From the NCBI GenBank assembly GCA_963847445.1, contig CAWJZV010000045.1, forward strand, positions 64,001 to 128,000: a stretch of 64,000 nucleotides of DNA, given 5' to 3'. Positions 29,650 to 41,297 of the stretch are shown here, piece by piece. This stretch comes from an uncultured delta proteobacterium (GTDB taxonomy: Bacteria > Desulfobacterota > Binatia > UBA9968). The number at the start of each line of letters is the position of its first letter. Positions within the stretch are counted from its first letter, which is position 1. A program made the position numbers and the translations under genes. The notes beneath the pieces are model-generated. The model did no database searches and was not told the origin of the DNA. It saw only the letters and a program-made list of their open reading frames with translations.

Positions 29650-30261
29650 CTATTTGCCTTCGCGCATGGCGCGCGCCCGCTGCGCTGCCGGGCGCTCCCA
29701 GCAGCGGTGGAGCCAAGCCTGTGTACGGGGCCATTTCCTGGTATCGATCGCCAACGCACGGTAAAGCGCTGCGGCGACGTTGAGATCGCCGACTGAAAAT
29801 GCCGGCCCGGCAAGCCACTCCGCTTTCGCGAGCGCAGTCTCCAGCACGTCAAACGATTCCGTCACTTGCTGCCATGCGGCCTCGGCGATATCTTTTTTGC
29901 GCTCGGCCTCTGGAAACTCCTTGGTATGCCTGACGTAGTTCACGATCTGGCGATCGAGCCGGTCGGTCTCCCATAGGCTCCACTGCCAAACCAGCGCCTC
30001 GTCTCTGGGGTCCGACGGATACAGTGGACTCTTGTGCTTTTTCGCGAGATAGAGATTGATCGCCATCGACTCCGACAGCACGAAGCCGTCGTCGTCTATC
30101 ACCGGTACGCGGCCATTGGGATTCAACCCGCGAAACTCCGGAGTCCGCGTCTCCGGCGCGCGGGGCAGGTAATCCTTGTGGTCGTAGTCCAGGCCTAGCT
30201 CACCGAGCATCCACAAGGTGCGCACGGCACGAGATCGCGCGGCGCCGTATAGACGTAGCAT
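29650..30261 (-). CDS. Glutathione S-transferase family protein
   Basis: SRAVRTLWMLGELG, LNPNGRVPVI, LSESMAINLYLA, WLAGPAFSVGD. Confidence 0.92.
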   Translation of the reverse strand: MLRLYGAARSRAVRTLWMLGELGLDYDHKDYLPRAPETRTPEFRGLNPNGRVPVIDDDGFVLSESMAINLYLAKKHKSPLYPSDPRDEALVWQWSLWETDRLDRQIVNYVRHTKEFPEAERKKDIAEAAWQQVTESFDVLETALAKAEWLAGPAFSVGDLNVAAALYRALAIDTRKWPRTQAWLHRCWERPAAQRARAMREGK

Positions 30262-30827
30262 CGTTTATCCTCCCCAGTGTTAGTGATAATAAATGGATAC
30301 TTTGTACTATGACTTAGCATGTGGGTGAAACGATTTTGCAATGACCTGGAAATTGGCGCTCAGTTCGTAACCGACTCCTCGAGGTGTTTTTCAGATCCGA
30401 GTCAAAATAGACGGCGATCTTATTCTTAAGTTCTGAGAGTTTTTCCCGAAGGATCTAATCGGCATTAATGGCCGGTTTTCTATATCAGACCAGACCGAGA
30501 TGCTCCCCGTTGTCAGATGTTTCTCTCTCACTCAGTAACTGCGGGAGAAGCAAGCAACTATGTTTCACACGGAAATAGCGTGCCGTATAAATACGTCAAA
30601 TTGCGTTCCATCGCAATTGCAGTGCTGACCTTCTGGCGCACCCACATTGATTCCACTGAGCGCGGGGTCAGTAGTGACTGTATTGGGGCTACATGGGTGT
30701 TCGTTTCTTGCTCTTCAGTGAAAATTCTACCTGTGAGCGGCGAATCGATGTTCTTGTTATGAAGCGCGCCCTCGGGGTGACTCCGCGAAAAGAGATGTAT
30801 TCGCGATCGCGTGAAATCAGAAGGATT

Positions 30828-30913
30828 TGGTGCCGGAGGCGAGACTTGAACTCGCACAGGGTTGCCCCTACCGGATTTTGAGTCCGGCGCGTCTGCCATT
30901 CCACCACTCCGGC
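30828..30913 (-). tRNA. tRNA-Leu(CAA)
   Basis: GCCGGAGTGGTGGAATGGCAGACGCGCCGGACTCAAAATCCGGTAGGGGCAACCCTGTGCGAGTTCAAGTCTCGCCTCCGGCACCA, with a long variable arm and an encoded CCA. Confidence 0.97.
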
Positions 30914-31029
30914 ACGGGAGTAATGCGGAGTCATATTGATAACGGACAGTTGAATCGGATTCAAGAGCAGCGCGACTGCCGCCTGTTGGGTTCGTGCAAT
31001 CCGCAGGTTCTCTGATTCGGAGATTTTCG

Positions 31030-31180
31030 CCGCTGACGGCGCAAAGACGCTAAGTTCGGAAATCTTGTCATTTCGACCACAGGGAGAAATCTATCTTGAT
31101 CCCTCGCATTCGCTCGGGATGACGGGCACCGAGCTCGTCATCTTTACGGCCTTTGCGGCTTTGCAGGAGATATTCCGATT
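31030..31180. repeat. Composite REP-like palindromes downstream of radA
   Basis: GTCATTTCGACCACAGGGAGAAATCT...GATCCCTCGCATTCGCTCGGGATGAC nested within GCAAAGACGCTAAG...CTTTGCGGCTTTGC arms. Confidence 0.6.
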
Positions 31181-31183
31181 TGC

Positions 31184-32545
31184 TCAGAAGAGCAGCTTCC
31201 AGCATTCCTGGATCGAGCTGACGGCGGCGAGTTTGGGATGTTTGATATGTTTTAGCTGGGCGACGTTGCTGGCCGGCAGGATGCAGCGTTCGAAGCCGAG
31301 TTTGCCGGCTTCTTTGACCCGGGTTTCGGCCTGGGAGATGCCGCGGACTTCGCCGGCGAGGCCGACTTCGCCGAAGAAAACGGTTTTGGGATCGAGGACG
31401 GCTTCGCGGCTGCTCGAACCAATGGCGGCGATGACGCCCAAATCGACCGCCGGTTCGTCGACATGGACGCCGCCGGCGACGTTGACGAAAATATCTTGAT
31501 CGAACAGCTTGGCGCCCATCTTCTTTTCCAACACGGCGACCAAGAGAGCGACGCGGTTGTGGTCGACGCCGATGGTGGTGCGCCGCGGCACGGCGAGAAA
31601 CGACCGGCAGACCAGCGCCTGCAACTCGACCAAGATCGGCCGGGTGCCTTCGATGCTGCAAACGACGGCGGAGCCGGGCACTTGCAGCGGCCGCTCCATT
31701 AAAAATATCTCCGAGGGATTGCTGACTTCGGCGAGGCCGGCTTCTTTCATCTCGAAGACGCCGATCTCGTTGGTCGAGCCGAAGCGGTTTTTGACCGCGC
31801 GCAGAATTCTAAAACTATGGCCGCGCTCGCCTTCGAAGTAGAGCACGGTGTCGACCATATGTTCGAGCAGGCGCGGCCCGGCGATGGCGCCGTCCTTGGT
31901 GACATGACCGATCAAGAAAGTCGTCAGTCCGGTTTTCTTCGCCAGCACGATGATCGAGCCCGAGGTTTCGCGCACCTGGGCGATGCTGCCGGGGGCGGAC
32001 GGGATGGTCGACGAGAACATCGTCTGCACCGAGTCGATGACCAGCAGGCCGGGTTTGATCTTTTTCACATGCTCGAGAATGCGTTCCAGCGAGGTTTCGC
32101 TGAGGACGAGCAGATTGGGCGCGTCGACGCCGAGCCGTTCGGCGCGCATTTTGATTTGCCGTTGGGATTCCTCGCCGGAGACGTAGAGACAGGTGAGCCC
32201 TTTCTGACTGACCGCGGCGACGGCTTGGAGCAGCAGCGTCGACTTGCCGATGCCGGGATCGCCGCCGATGAGGATCACCGAGCCGGGCACCAGACCGCCG
32301 CCGAGGACGCGGTCGAACTCGCCGATGCCCGACTGCACCCGGCCTTCTTCGGCGGTGTTGATGTCACCGATGGAGGTGGGTTCTTCTTTGCTGCCGAGGC
32401 TCAGTTCGCCGCGGGTGGAGGTGGCTTTTTCGAAATGTTCTTCGGCAAAGGTGTTCCACTGATTGCAGTCGGGACATTTGCCCAGCCACTTGGACGATTG
32501 GTAACCGCAATTCTGGCAGGCGTAGACGGACTTAGCTTTGGCCAT
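31184..32545 (-). CDS. radA: DNA repair protein RadA/Sms
   Basis: C4 zinc finger, GGDPGIGKST, KNRFG, and a Lon-like C-terminus. Confidence 0.97.
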   Translation of the reverse strand: MAKAKSVYACQNCGYQSSKWLGKCPDCNQWNTFAEEHFEKATSTRGELSLGSKEEPTSIGDINTAEEGRVQSGIGEFDRVLGGGLVPGSVILIGGDPGIGKSTLLLQAVAAVSQKGLTCLYVSGEESQRQIKMRAERLGVDAPNLLVLSETSLERILEHVKKIKPGLLVIDSVQTMFSSTIPSAPGSIAQVRETSGSIIVLAKKTGLTTFLIGHVTKDGAIAGPRLLEHMVDTVLYFEGERGHSFRILRAVKNRFGSTNEIGVFEMKEAGLAEVSNPSEIFLMERPLQVPGSAVVCSIEGTRPILVELQALVCRSFLAVPRRTTIGVDHNRVALLVAVLEKKMGAKLFDQDIFVNVAGGVHVDEPAVDLGVIAAIGSSSREAVLDPKTVFFGEVGLAGEVRGISQAETRVKEAGKLGFERCILPASNVAQLKHIKHPKLAAVSSIQECWKLLF

Positions 32546-32621
32546 GGGAGATTTTATAGCAGGAAAGCTGGGCCCATCGCTAGGTTGATAATTGCTACGT
32601 TGATGCAATAATTCGCCTTCC

Positions 32622-33783
32622 ATGCGCGCCGATTTCATCGCTGCCGAGTTGCAATCGGTCAAAGACGCCGGGCTCTATCGCCAGCTGCGCCTGGTGGAGC
32701 GGCGATCAAGGAGCGACGTTGACGCTCGACGGTCGCGAGGTGATCAATTTCTCGTCAAACAACTATCTCGGCATCGCCAACCATCCGGCGTTGGCGGCGG
32801 CGGCGAAGGCGGCGATCGACCGTTATGGCTGCGGCTCGGGAGCGTCGCGGCTGATTTCCGGCAACATGACTTTGCACGAGGAGTTGGAAGCCAAGCTCGC
32901 GCAATTCAAAAGCACCGAAGCGGCTTTGGTGTTCAACTCCGGCTTTCAGGCCAACATTGGCGATTCTTTCTACGTTAGCCGGCGAAGGCGATGTGATTCT
33001 CAGCGATGCACTCAATCACGCGAGCATCATCGACGGCTGCCGGCTGTCGAAAGCGCAGACCTTGGTGTACGCGCATTGCGACCTGAATGGGCTCGAAGCT
33101 GCTCTTAAACAAGCGGCGTCGGCGCGCCGGCGCTTGATCGTGACCGAGACGATCTTCAGCATGGACGGCGATGAGGCGCCGCTCGCGGCCGATCGTCGAT
33201 CTCGCCGAGAAGTACGACGCCATGGTGATGGTCGACGAGGCCCATGGCACCGGCGTGTTCGGCGCCAACGGCGCCGGGGTGGTCGCCAAGTTGGGTTTGG
33301 CGCTCGCGAGTATTGATTCAAATGGGCACCCTGGGCAAAGCGCTGGGCGGCTTCGGCGCCTATGTCGCCGGCAGCCGGGAGTTGTGCGATTTGCTGATCA
33401 ACCGCTGCCGCAGTTTTATCTTCACGACTTCGCTGCCGCCGGCGGTGATGGCGATGGCGCTGGCGGCCATCGATCTGGTACAAAGTGAGCCGCAACGGCG
33501 CGATGCGCTGCGGCACAATTGCCAGAAGCTAAAACAGGGACTGAGCCGGCTCGGATTTGAATTAGGCAAAAGCGAGAGTCCGATCTTGCCGCTGATCGTC
33601 GGCGACGCCGCGCGCTGCATGGCTTTGTCGGCGGCGTTGCTCGACCGCGGCGTGTTCGCCCAGGGCATTCGCCCGCCGACGGTGCCGGTGGGAACTTCGC
33701 GCTTGCGCATTACGGTGATGGCGACGCATAGCGACGCGCAGATCGAGCGCGCATTGAACGTCTTCGAGGAAGTGAAACGCCGA
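32622..33783 (+). CDS. bioF: 8-amino-7-oxononanoate synthase (several frameshifts)
   Basis: [46 protein letters not shown]. Confidence 0.9.
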
Positions 33784-35146
33784 ATGGCCACGTATCACGA
33801 CAAGCTAAAACAGCTCGACCATAGCTTATCTCTGGCATCCGTTCACGCAGATGCAGGAGTGGATGAGCGAGGATCCGGTGATCATCAGCCGCGGCGACGG
33901 CCATTACTTGGTCGACGATCAAGGCCGGAAATATTTGGATGGCGTGTCGTCGCTCTGGTGCAATGTCCATGGCCATCGCAAGCAAGAATTGGACGATGCG
34001 CTCAAGGAACAGATCGATCGCTTGGCGCATTCGACCTTTCTCGGACTTAAGTCATGAACCGGGAATCAATCTGGCGCAAAAGCTCATCGAGATCGCGCCC
34101 AAGGGGTTGCAACGGGTTTTTTATTCCGACAGCGGCGCCACCGCGGTGGAGATCGCCGTGAAGATGGCGGTGCAATACTGGCAACTCAAAGGCGACACCG
34201 AGCGTGTAAGAATTGCCACGCTGGCGGAGTCCTACCACGGCGACACGGTCGGCTCCATGAGCTTGGGTTTTTCGGAAACCTTTCATCGCTATCACAAGAG
34301 TCTGTTGTTCCCGGTGATACGCATCACGCCGCCCCATGTGTTCGCTATTACCAGCGCATGAGCGAAGCCGATGCCCTGGCGGCGGCGATCAAGGATGCCA
34401 CGGAAAAACTCGCCGAACATGGACACAACGCTGGCGGCTGTGGCGATGGAGCCGCTCATGCAGGGGGCGGCGGGCATGTGGGCGCAGCCGGTGGCGTATT
34501 TGCAGGCGATCCGCGAGCTGTGCCGCAGCCATGGGATTCTATTCATTGTCGACGAGGTCGCCACCGGCTTTGGCCGCACCGGAAAGATGTTCGCGTGCGA
34601 CCATGCCGGCGTGACGCCGGATATTCTCTGTGTCGCCAAAGGCATCACCGGCGGTTATTTGCCGCTGGCGGCGACGCTTACCACCGAGGCTGTCTTCGCG
34701 GCGTTTCTCGGCGACTACAAAGATTTCAAAACTTTCTTTCACGGCCACACCTATACCGGCAATCCGCTCGGCTGCGCCGTGGCCATCGCCAATCTCGAAC
34801 TGTTCGCCAAAGAAAATATCGTCGAGAAAATGCAGCCGCGTGTATCGATGTTGCAGCAGCGCTTGCGCGACGAGTTTCTGCCGCTCGCCCATGTCAGCGA
34901 TATCCGCCAGTGGGGCTACATGATCGGCATCGAGTTGGTCGCACGACAAGGCGAGCCGGCAAGAGCTACCCGGCGGAGATGCGCGTCGGCCATCAAGTGA
35001 TTCTCGAAGCGCGCAAGCGCAGCGTGATGATCCGGCCGTTGGGCGATGTGATTGTTCTGATGCCGCCGTTGAGTATCACCGACGGCGAGCTGACGACTCT
35101 GCTCGATGTGGTCTACGACTGCATCGTCAAGGTGACGGGAAACTAA
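33784..35146 (+). CDS. bioA: Adenosylmethionine-8-amino-7-oxononanoate transaminase (several frameshifts)
   Basis: [50 protein letters not shown]. Confidence 0.92.
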
Positions 35147-35855
35147 ATGGGCCAAGCGATTTTTATCACCGGCACGGACACCGGCGTCGGCAAGACATTT
35201 TTCACCTGTGGCTTGGCGCGGTTGTTGAAGTCCTACGGCTACAGCGTCGGTGTCATGAAGCCGGCGGAAACCGGCTGCGTCATGCGCGATGGCGCGCTTT
35301 ATCCCGGAAGACGCCTGGCGTCTGAAGGAAGCGTCCGAGTGTGCCGAGCCCATTGAGCAAGATATGCCCGTACCGTTTGCCCGAACCGCTCGCGCCGAGC
35401 ATCGCCGCGGAACGCTCCGGTGTAAGAATCGACATCGACCGACTTGCTCACGGTCTTCGACGAGATCAAGGCGGCCCACGACGTTACTTTAGTCGAAGGC
35501 GCCGGCGGATTGATGGTGCCGCTCTTGCCGAGCTATACCTTCGCCGATTTCGCCCGGGTCGCCAAACTGCCGGTCATCGTCGTGGCGGCCAACAAGCTCG
35601 GTGCGATCAATCATCTGCTGCTCAGCTTGGAACATGCCAGCTGCAAAGATTTGACCTTGCTCGGCTATGTTTTGAATCGACTGTCCAATGAAGACTTCTC
35701 TCGCCGCCGACACCAATCGCGAAGTGTTGGCGGGCTTGACCGGCGTCGCTTGTCTCGGTGAGTTGCCGTTCCAAGAACCGGACGCTGCATTGGCCAATTT
35801 GTTCGAAGCGGAAATTGATTTTCGAACCATCGAGTTGTGGATAGGAAAAAAATGA
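35147..35855 (+). CDS. bioD: Dethiobiotin synthase (frameshifts)
   Basis: ITGTDTGVGKT, KPAETG, VEGAGGLMVP, LGAINH. Confidence 0.92.
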
Positions 35856-36811
35856 AGATCCGATTAAATGTTCTCACTGTCTCGCTGGTGGTTCTGCTGT
35901 CGGCATCGCTGCACGCCGCCGATAGAGTGATTATTTCTTACAGCAGCCGCAGCTACGCCTTCCTGCCGGCGCAGATCGCCGTGGCCAAAGGCTTCTTCAA
36001 GGAGGAAAATCTCGAACCGCTGCTGATCCAGATGCGCAGCCAGGTGACGGTGCCGGCGCTGCTCAGCGGCGAGGTGCATTACACGCTCAGCTTCGGCAAC
36101 ATCATCGGCAGCGCCATGACGGGATTGCCGTTTAAAATTCTCGGCGTGCTGACCGATAAGCCGCTGCATAGCATCGTCGCGCGGCCGGAGATCAAAACTA
36201 TCGCCGACCTGCGCGGCAAACGGATCGGCTCGCAGCGCATCGGCGGCTCCGATCACCTGGCGGCGGAGGCGATTCTCCAGGCCAAGGGTATCGACGTTAA
36301 AGATGTCCAATTCCTCACCCTCGGCGGCGACGAACCGGTGCGGACGGAAATGCTGCGCAAAGGGTTGGTCGACGCCATCTGTACCGTGCCGCCGGGGCCG
36401 GTGCGTTTGGCGCGCGAGGGTTACAATATTCTCGGCGGGCCCAAGGACTTGAAGATCGGTAGCCCGATCTCCGCAGTGGCGGTGACCGATACGCGTCTGA
36501 AGACGCACCGGGAAGAAACCAAACGAGTGCTGCGCGCGATGCTGCGCGGCCTGCGCGCCATGCATGAGCGGCGCGACGAAACGATCACGATCATGAGCAA
36601 GTGGTTGAGCCAAACGCCCGACGTCGCGCGCGACTCCTACGATTCGATCCTGCCCTCGTTCAGCCTCGACGGCGGCACCGTCGACAAGACCTACGAGTTC
36701 GCCATCGAGTCGCGCAAAGCGACGGTGCGAACGGATAAGCCGATCCCGTTGTCGCAGGTGCGCGATCTATCGCTCTTGCGCGAAGTGCAAAAAGAGTTGC
36801 GCATTCAATAA
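35852..36811 (+). CDS. ABC transporter substrate-binding protein, NMT1/SsuA-like
   Basis: Signal peptide, AVAKGFFKEENL, DLRGKRIG. Confidence 0.88.
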   Translation: MKIRLNVLTVSLVVLLSASLHAADRVIISYSSRSYAFLPAQIAVAKGFFKEENLEPLLIQMRSQVTVPALLSGEVHYTLSFGNIIGSAMTGLPFKILGVLTDKPLHSIVARPEIKTIADLRGKRIGSQRIGGSDHLAAEAILQAKGIDVKDVQFLTLGGDEPVRTEMLRKGLVDAICTVPPGPVRLAREGYNILGGPKDLKIGSPISAVAVTDTRLKTHREETKRVLRAMLRGLRAMHERRDETITIMSKWLSQTPDVARDSYDSILPSFSLDGGTVDKTYEFAIESRKATVRTDKPIPLSQVRDLSLLREVQKELRIQ

Positions 36812-37475
36812 TCCCGGATTCTGCAGTTGAGAGTTCATGGCGCGGCAAGGGGCAAGCCCGCCGCACGAAGCCAATTGGCCCCTACCTCCACTTAGAATGG
36901 TTCAGCGAATTTTTGGGCGGGTCACATATGGTTGCCTTATGTTGACGGCGTCGCTCCACGTCTCGCCGCGCAGCGCCTGCACGATGTTGCGGGCGGCGCA
37001 CGGCAGCGACGGCTGAGCCCAAGTGCGGCGTGCGTGAACGAGGTTTGCGCTTCATTATCGAAGTGGTCCAACAGAGTCGTTGCCGCCAGCGGGCTTGGGC
37101 TCAACAACCAGGCGGCGATTAGCAAAATGACCATCACAACCCGACAGAAATAGCTCCGACCGGTAACGGCCGGGCTGGAGCTTGATCAAGCTTCGATTGC
37201 GGATTAGCTTAGTATTGGTGAACCCTAATAAGGCGGCTGATTTAATCGAAAGTTCACAAAGCCGTGACAAAACTATTGTTTGTTAAAAAGTAAGTTCAGC
37301 GGGTATATCATATCGTCATGCCCGCGGAGGCGGGCATCCAGGCTAGATTGCGGGGATGCCCGACAGGAAAGTCTGGATTGCCGCTTTCGCGGGAAAGACG
37401 GAAAGGGCAGTCGGCTTCCAGTCGAGGGTTTTTTGATTTTTACGATCCGGCACCCGGCAATCTTCGGAGTAGACC

Positions 37476-39571
37476 GTGATGGACGCAAATACCTATATCA
37501 ATCGGGAATTGTCGTGGCTGGAATTCAACCGGCGCGTGCTCGAAGAAGCCAAGGATGAGAGCGTGCCGCTGTTGGAGCGGGTGAAATTTCTGGCGATCTT
37601 CAGTTCCAATCTCGATGAGTTTTTCATGGTCCGGGTGGCCAGGCTCAAAGCCATGTTGTTCGAGGGCGATAACAGCAGCGATCCCGACGGCCTCACGCCG
37701 GCGGAGGCGCTTGACGGCGATATCGGCGCGGGTCCATGAACTGGCGGCGGAACAGCATTTATGTTTCCTCAACACGATCATGCCGCAACTGAGCGCTGAA
37801 GGAATTCATCTGGTTCGGCCCGAAGAGATGAGCGGCGAGCAAGAGCGTTTCTTGGAAGAATATTTCCTGCGCATGCTCTATCCGATTGTCACGCCGCTGG
37901 CGATCGATCCGGCCCATCCGTTTCCCTATCTCGCCAATCGCTCGCTTTGTTTGGTGGTGTCGTTGCGGCCGACTCTCGCTTCACGTCTGCCGCATACCGA
38001 CCTGTCCATCGTCCATATCCCGACCCATGTGGCGCCGCGCTTCATCGCTTTGCCGGCGCGCGAAGGACAACATGCCTTCATGCTGTTGGAAGATACCTTG
38101 CGCCACTATTTGCCGCGCCTCTATCACGGCTTTGAAATTCGCTCGTGCCACGCCATTCGGGTGACCCGGGATGCTGATTTCTTGGTTTCACGCCGGCGCG
38201 ACGAGGATCTCATGATGACCATCGAGAAAGGGGTTCGTGAGCGGCGCATGGGCGATGCGGTGCGGTTGCAATACGACCCCGATCTACCGGTCGAGACCGT
38301 CACACAATTGGTTGAGGAGCTGGAGCTCACACGCGAAGATCTCTACCCTGGAAAAGGCTTCACCGCGTTCACCGATTTGTTTCAATTATACGCCGCGGTG
38401 AATTTGCCGCGTCTCAAGGATCGGCCTCAAGCTCCGGTCCCGGTGCCAGCCTTTGAGCGCGCGCCCGATATCTGGAGCGCGATTCGCAGCGGCGACGTCT
38501 TGGCATTCCATCCTTACCAGTCCTTCGATGCGGTGGTGCGCTTTGTCGAAGAAGCGGCCAAAGACCCGAAGGTATTGGCGATCAAGATGACGCTCTACCG
38601 CGTCAGCCCGACCTCGCCGATCGCCCAAGCGCTGGCGCGCGCCGCCGAAGCCGGCAAGGAAGTATCGGTGCTGGTCGAGTTGCAAGCTCGTTTCGACGAA
38701 GAGGCCAACATCACCTGGGCGCGCGCCCTGGAAGAAGTCGGCGCCCATGTGGTTTATGGGCTGGTGGGCTACAAGACCCACTGCAAAGTCTGTTTGGTGG
38801 TGCGCCAGGAAGCCGACGGTATTCGCCGTTACTGCCATCTCGCCACGGGCAACTACAATGTCCGCACCGCCGGTGTCTATAGCGATCTCGGCTTGTTCAC
38901 CTGCCGCGAGACCTTCGGCCAAGATTTGACCGAGCTGTTTAATCTTTTGACCGGCTACACCCGGCCGCAAAAGTTTCATCATTTGTTATTGGCGCCGCTC
39001 GGTCTGCGCGAGTATTTCATCACCAGCATTCGTCGCGAGGCCGACCATGCGCGCGCCGGACAACCAGGGCGAATCATCGCCAAGGTCAACAGTTTGGTCG
39101 ATCCGTCGGTGATCGACGAACTCTACCTAGCTAGCCAAGCGGGCGTCGAAATCGATCTCATAGTCCGCGGTATGTGCAGTCTGCAGTCCTGGATTGCCGG
39201 GAATCTCCGAGCGCATCCGGGTGATCTCGATCATCGACCGCTACCTCGAACATGCGCGGATCTTTTACTTCCAAAACAACGGCAAGCCGGAGTACCTGCT
39301 GGCATCGGCGGACTGGATGCAGCGCAATTTCGATCGCCGCGTCGAGATCGCTTTCCCGGTGCTCGATGAGCAGCATCAGGCCAGGCTGAAAAAGATTTTG
39401 GAAATTCAGTTGGGCGATAACGTCAAAGGTTGGCGGATTCAGCCGGACGGCAGTTCGGTTCGGACGCCGTCGGAAGGTTCTCTCTCCGCGCGCTCCCAGG
39501 AACAGCTTTACGAATTCATCCGCGCCGAGCCAGTCGGTGCGGCGACGCGATCGCCGATTGGCATTGATTGA
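37476..39571 (+). CDS. ppk1: Polyphosphate kinase 1 (2 frameshifts)
   Basis: [65 protein letters not shown]. Confidence 0.95.
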
Positions 39572-40132
39572 TTTCGTGGGTTGCCGGTCCATTGATCACC
39601 TGAAGCGGGCCGAGGTTGGCCGCGGGTTTTAGCGTGTCCGCATTTGGAAAGAGCGCAGGGTCGAGCACCTAGCCAGCCGCGCTAACGCGCAAACCCTCTT
39701 TAAATCCTGGCAAGTCTCTCGCATCGCCCTCGTGGGCCATGACCCAATAGTTTCTCCGGTCTAATTTTTCGGCTATGAAAAAAATCCCATAGAAGGGTTG
39801 GAATCTACCTACCGATCGCACGGTTCGTTGCATGAACCGCAGTGCCGCTGATCATTTACAGTAGCGACATGAACTTGCCGGAAGCGAAAACTTTCCGCGC
39901 CAATTTACGCTGCGACCCGGATTCCTTTCGCGATTTGATTCAAGCTCATCATTGCGAACTATCCGTCTCGTCCTTCGCTAGCTAAGACGCCAATTAGCGG
40001 CGTCTTTTTCGACGAAATTTTACAGTGAGTTAATGACCGCGTAACCATGAACGGTGGATAGTGGCGTCGCCAGCGATACTCTGCCGCTTGCAGCGTCAGA
40101 TGCCGTTCAATGAAAGAGGAAGGAGAAAACCA

Positions 40133-41130
40133 GTGAACTTCAAGCCGGGGATACGAGTCAACGAAATTGGCACTAACAACGCTTTTGGGGATACAGTGGG
40201 GCGCAAAGCCCACGGATCGACAAAAGTTATCATCAAAAAAACCAAGCAACTTCTTCGAGTTATCCAATCAACCATCAAAGTAGATAATTGGCCCAGTCCA
40301 ACTGATTCACCACTCGTTTCGGATCCTACTTTTCTCTTCATTATTACGCCTCCTTATTCTGGATCCACCGCTCTGGCTCAAGTCTTGAACAGTGCTCACC
40401 GCAGCACTCTCATACAAAAACGGGGAGAAGGACAGTGGCTTGTTCCCGGAATGTGCCAGGCCGACCGTTGGAATCCCGATAAGTATATCGACTGGAAATC
40501 AGTAAAGGCCGTCTGGTCGTCAAGAATTCGCTTTATCGAGGAGCATGTCGGCAGAGTCAATGTTGTAATCGAGAAAAGCCCTCCGAACCTCGTAAGAACC
40601 GACAGGCTTCTCGAGACCTTTCCGAAACATAAAATCGTTGCTTTTAACCGAAACCCTTACGCAAGCTGTGCAAGCATTCTTTATCGCGCCCATGACGGCA
40701 AGAGAAAAATCCAAAGATGAGCGAACAGAAATCATCAGGAGATTAGCTGCTACGTGGGCATTTCGATCTGGTTGGTTAAAGAAGCAAATTGAGACTTACT
40801 CGCCTATCCATTTCACTTACGAGAACTTCTGCAATGATCCCGAAGCAGCAGTGAAGCGTATCACTGACCACTTTCCCGAACTGATCGGAATCGACACGAC
40901 AAGAGCAATAAAAGTCAAAGATTACCGGCTGCAGGGAATATCAAATCAAAATGAGCGGCAAATTGGCAACCTCTCGCGAATCGGAACGATCTGTGATTGG
41001 TGCAGCGTTGAGTTCTCACGAAGAACTGCTGCAGTTTTTTGGTTATACGAGCGAATGGGAAAAAGATGTCGAACAAGGCGGTGCAGACCAACCTTCGACG
41101 CGTCGCGGGAACGACCGAGCCGCGGCCTGA
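40133..41130 (+). CDS. Sulfotransferase family protein (frameshifted, lower GC than surroundings)
   Basis: PAPS-loop-like TPPYSGSTAL, EKSPPN, RNPYASCAS, TYENFCNDP. Confidence 0.75.
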
Positions 41131-41297
41131 GGTTCGAGAAAATTCGTTAGCTCGGAAATTCGACGCGAGTGATGCCAGATTGGACTAGGGCTGTGTTTGC
41201 ATGGTCGATCGAGAGCACGATCAAGCAGGTCCGGATCAGGTGCGGCGGCGACCGTTAAGTCACTCCGCACCTGATGCCGACGTTGGCCCATAGCTCA

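Larger units (their letters stand above)
23270..30827. mobile_element. Putative degenerate genomic island downstream of tRNA-Leu; no integrase visible
   Basis: Abuts the tRNA 3' end, has a truncated gene at the far edge, carries defence/toxin-type cargo and long AT-richer non-coding gaps. Confidence 0.5.

Noticed and set aside
36937-37137. Small secreted protein ORF on the minus strand
   Set aside because: It has a hydrophobic start but no recognisable family, RBS or reliable frame.
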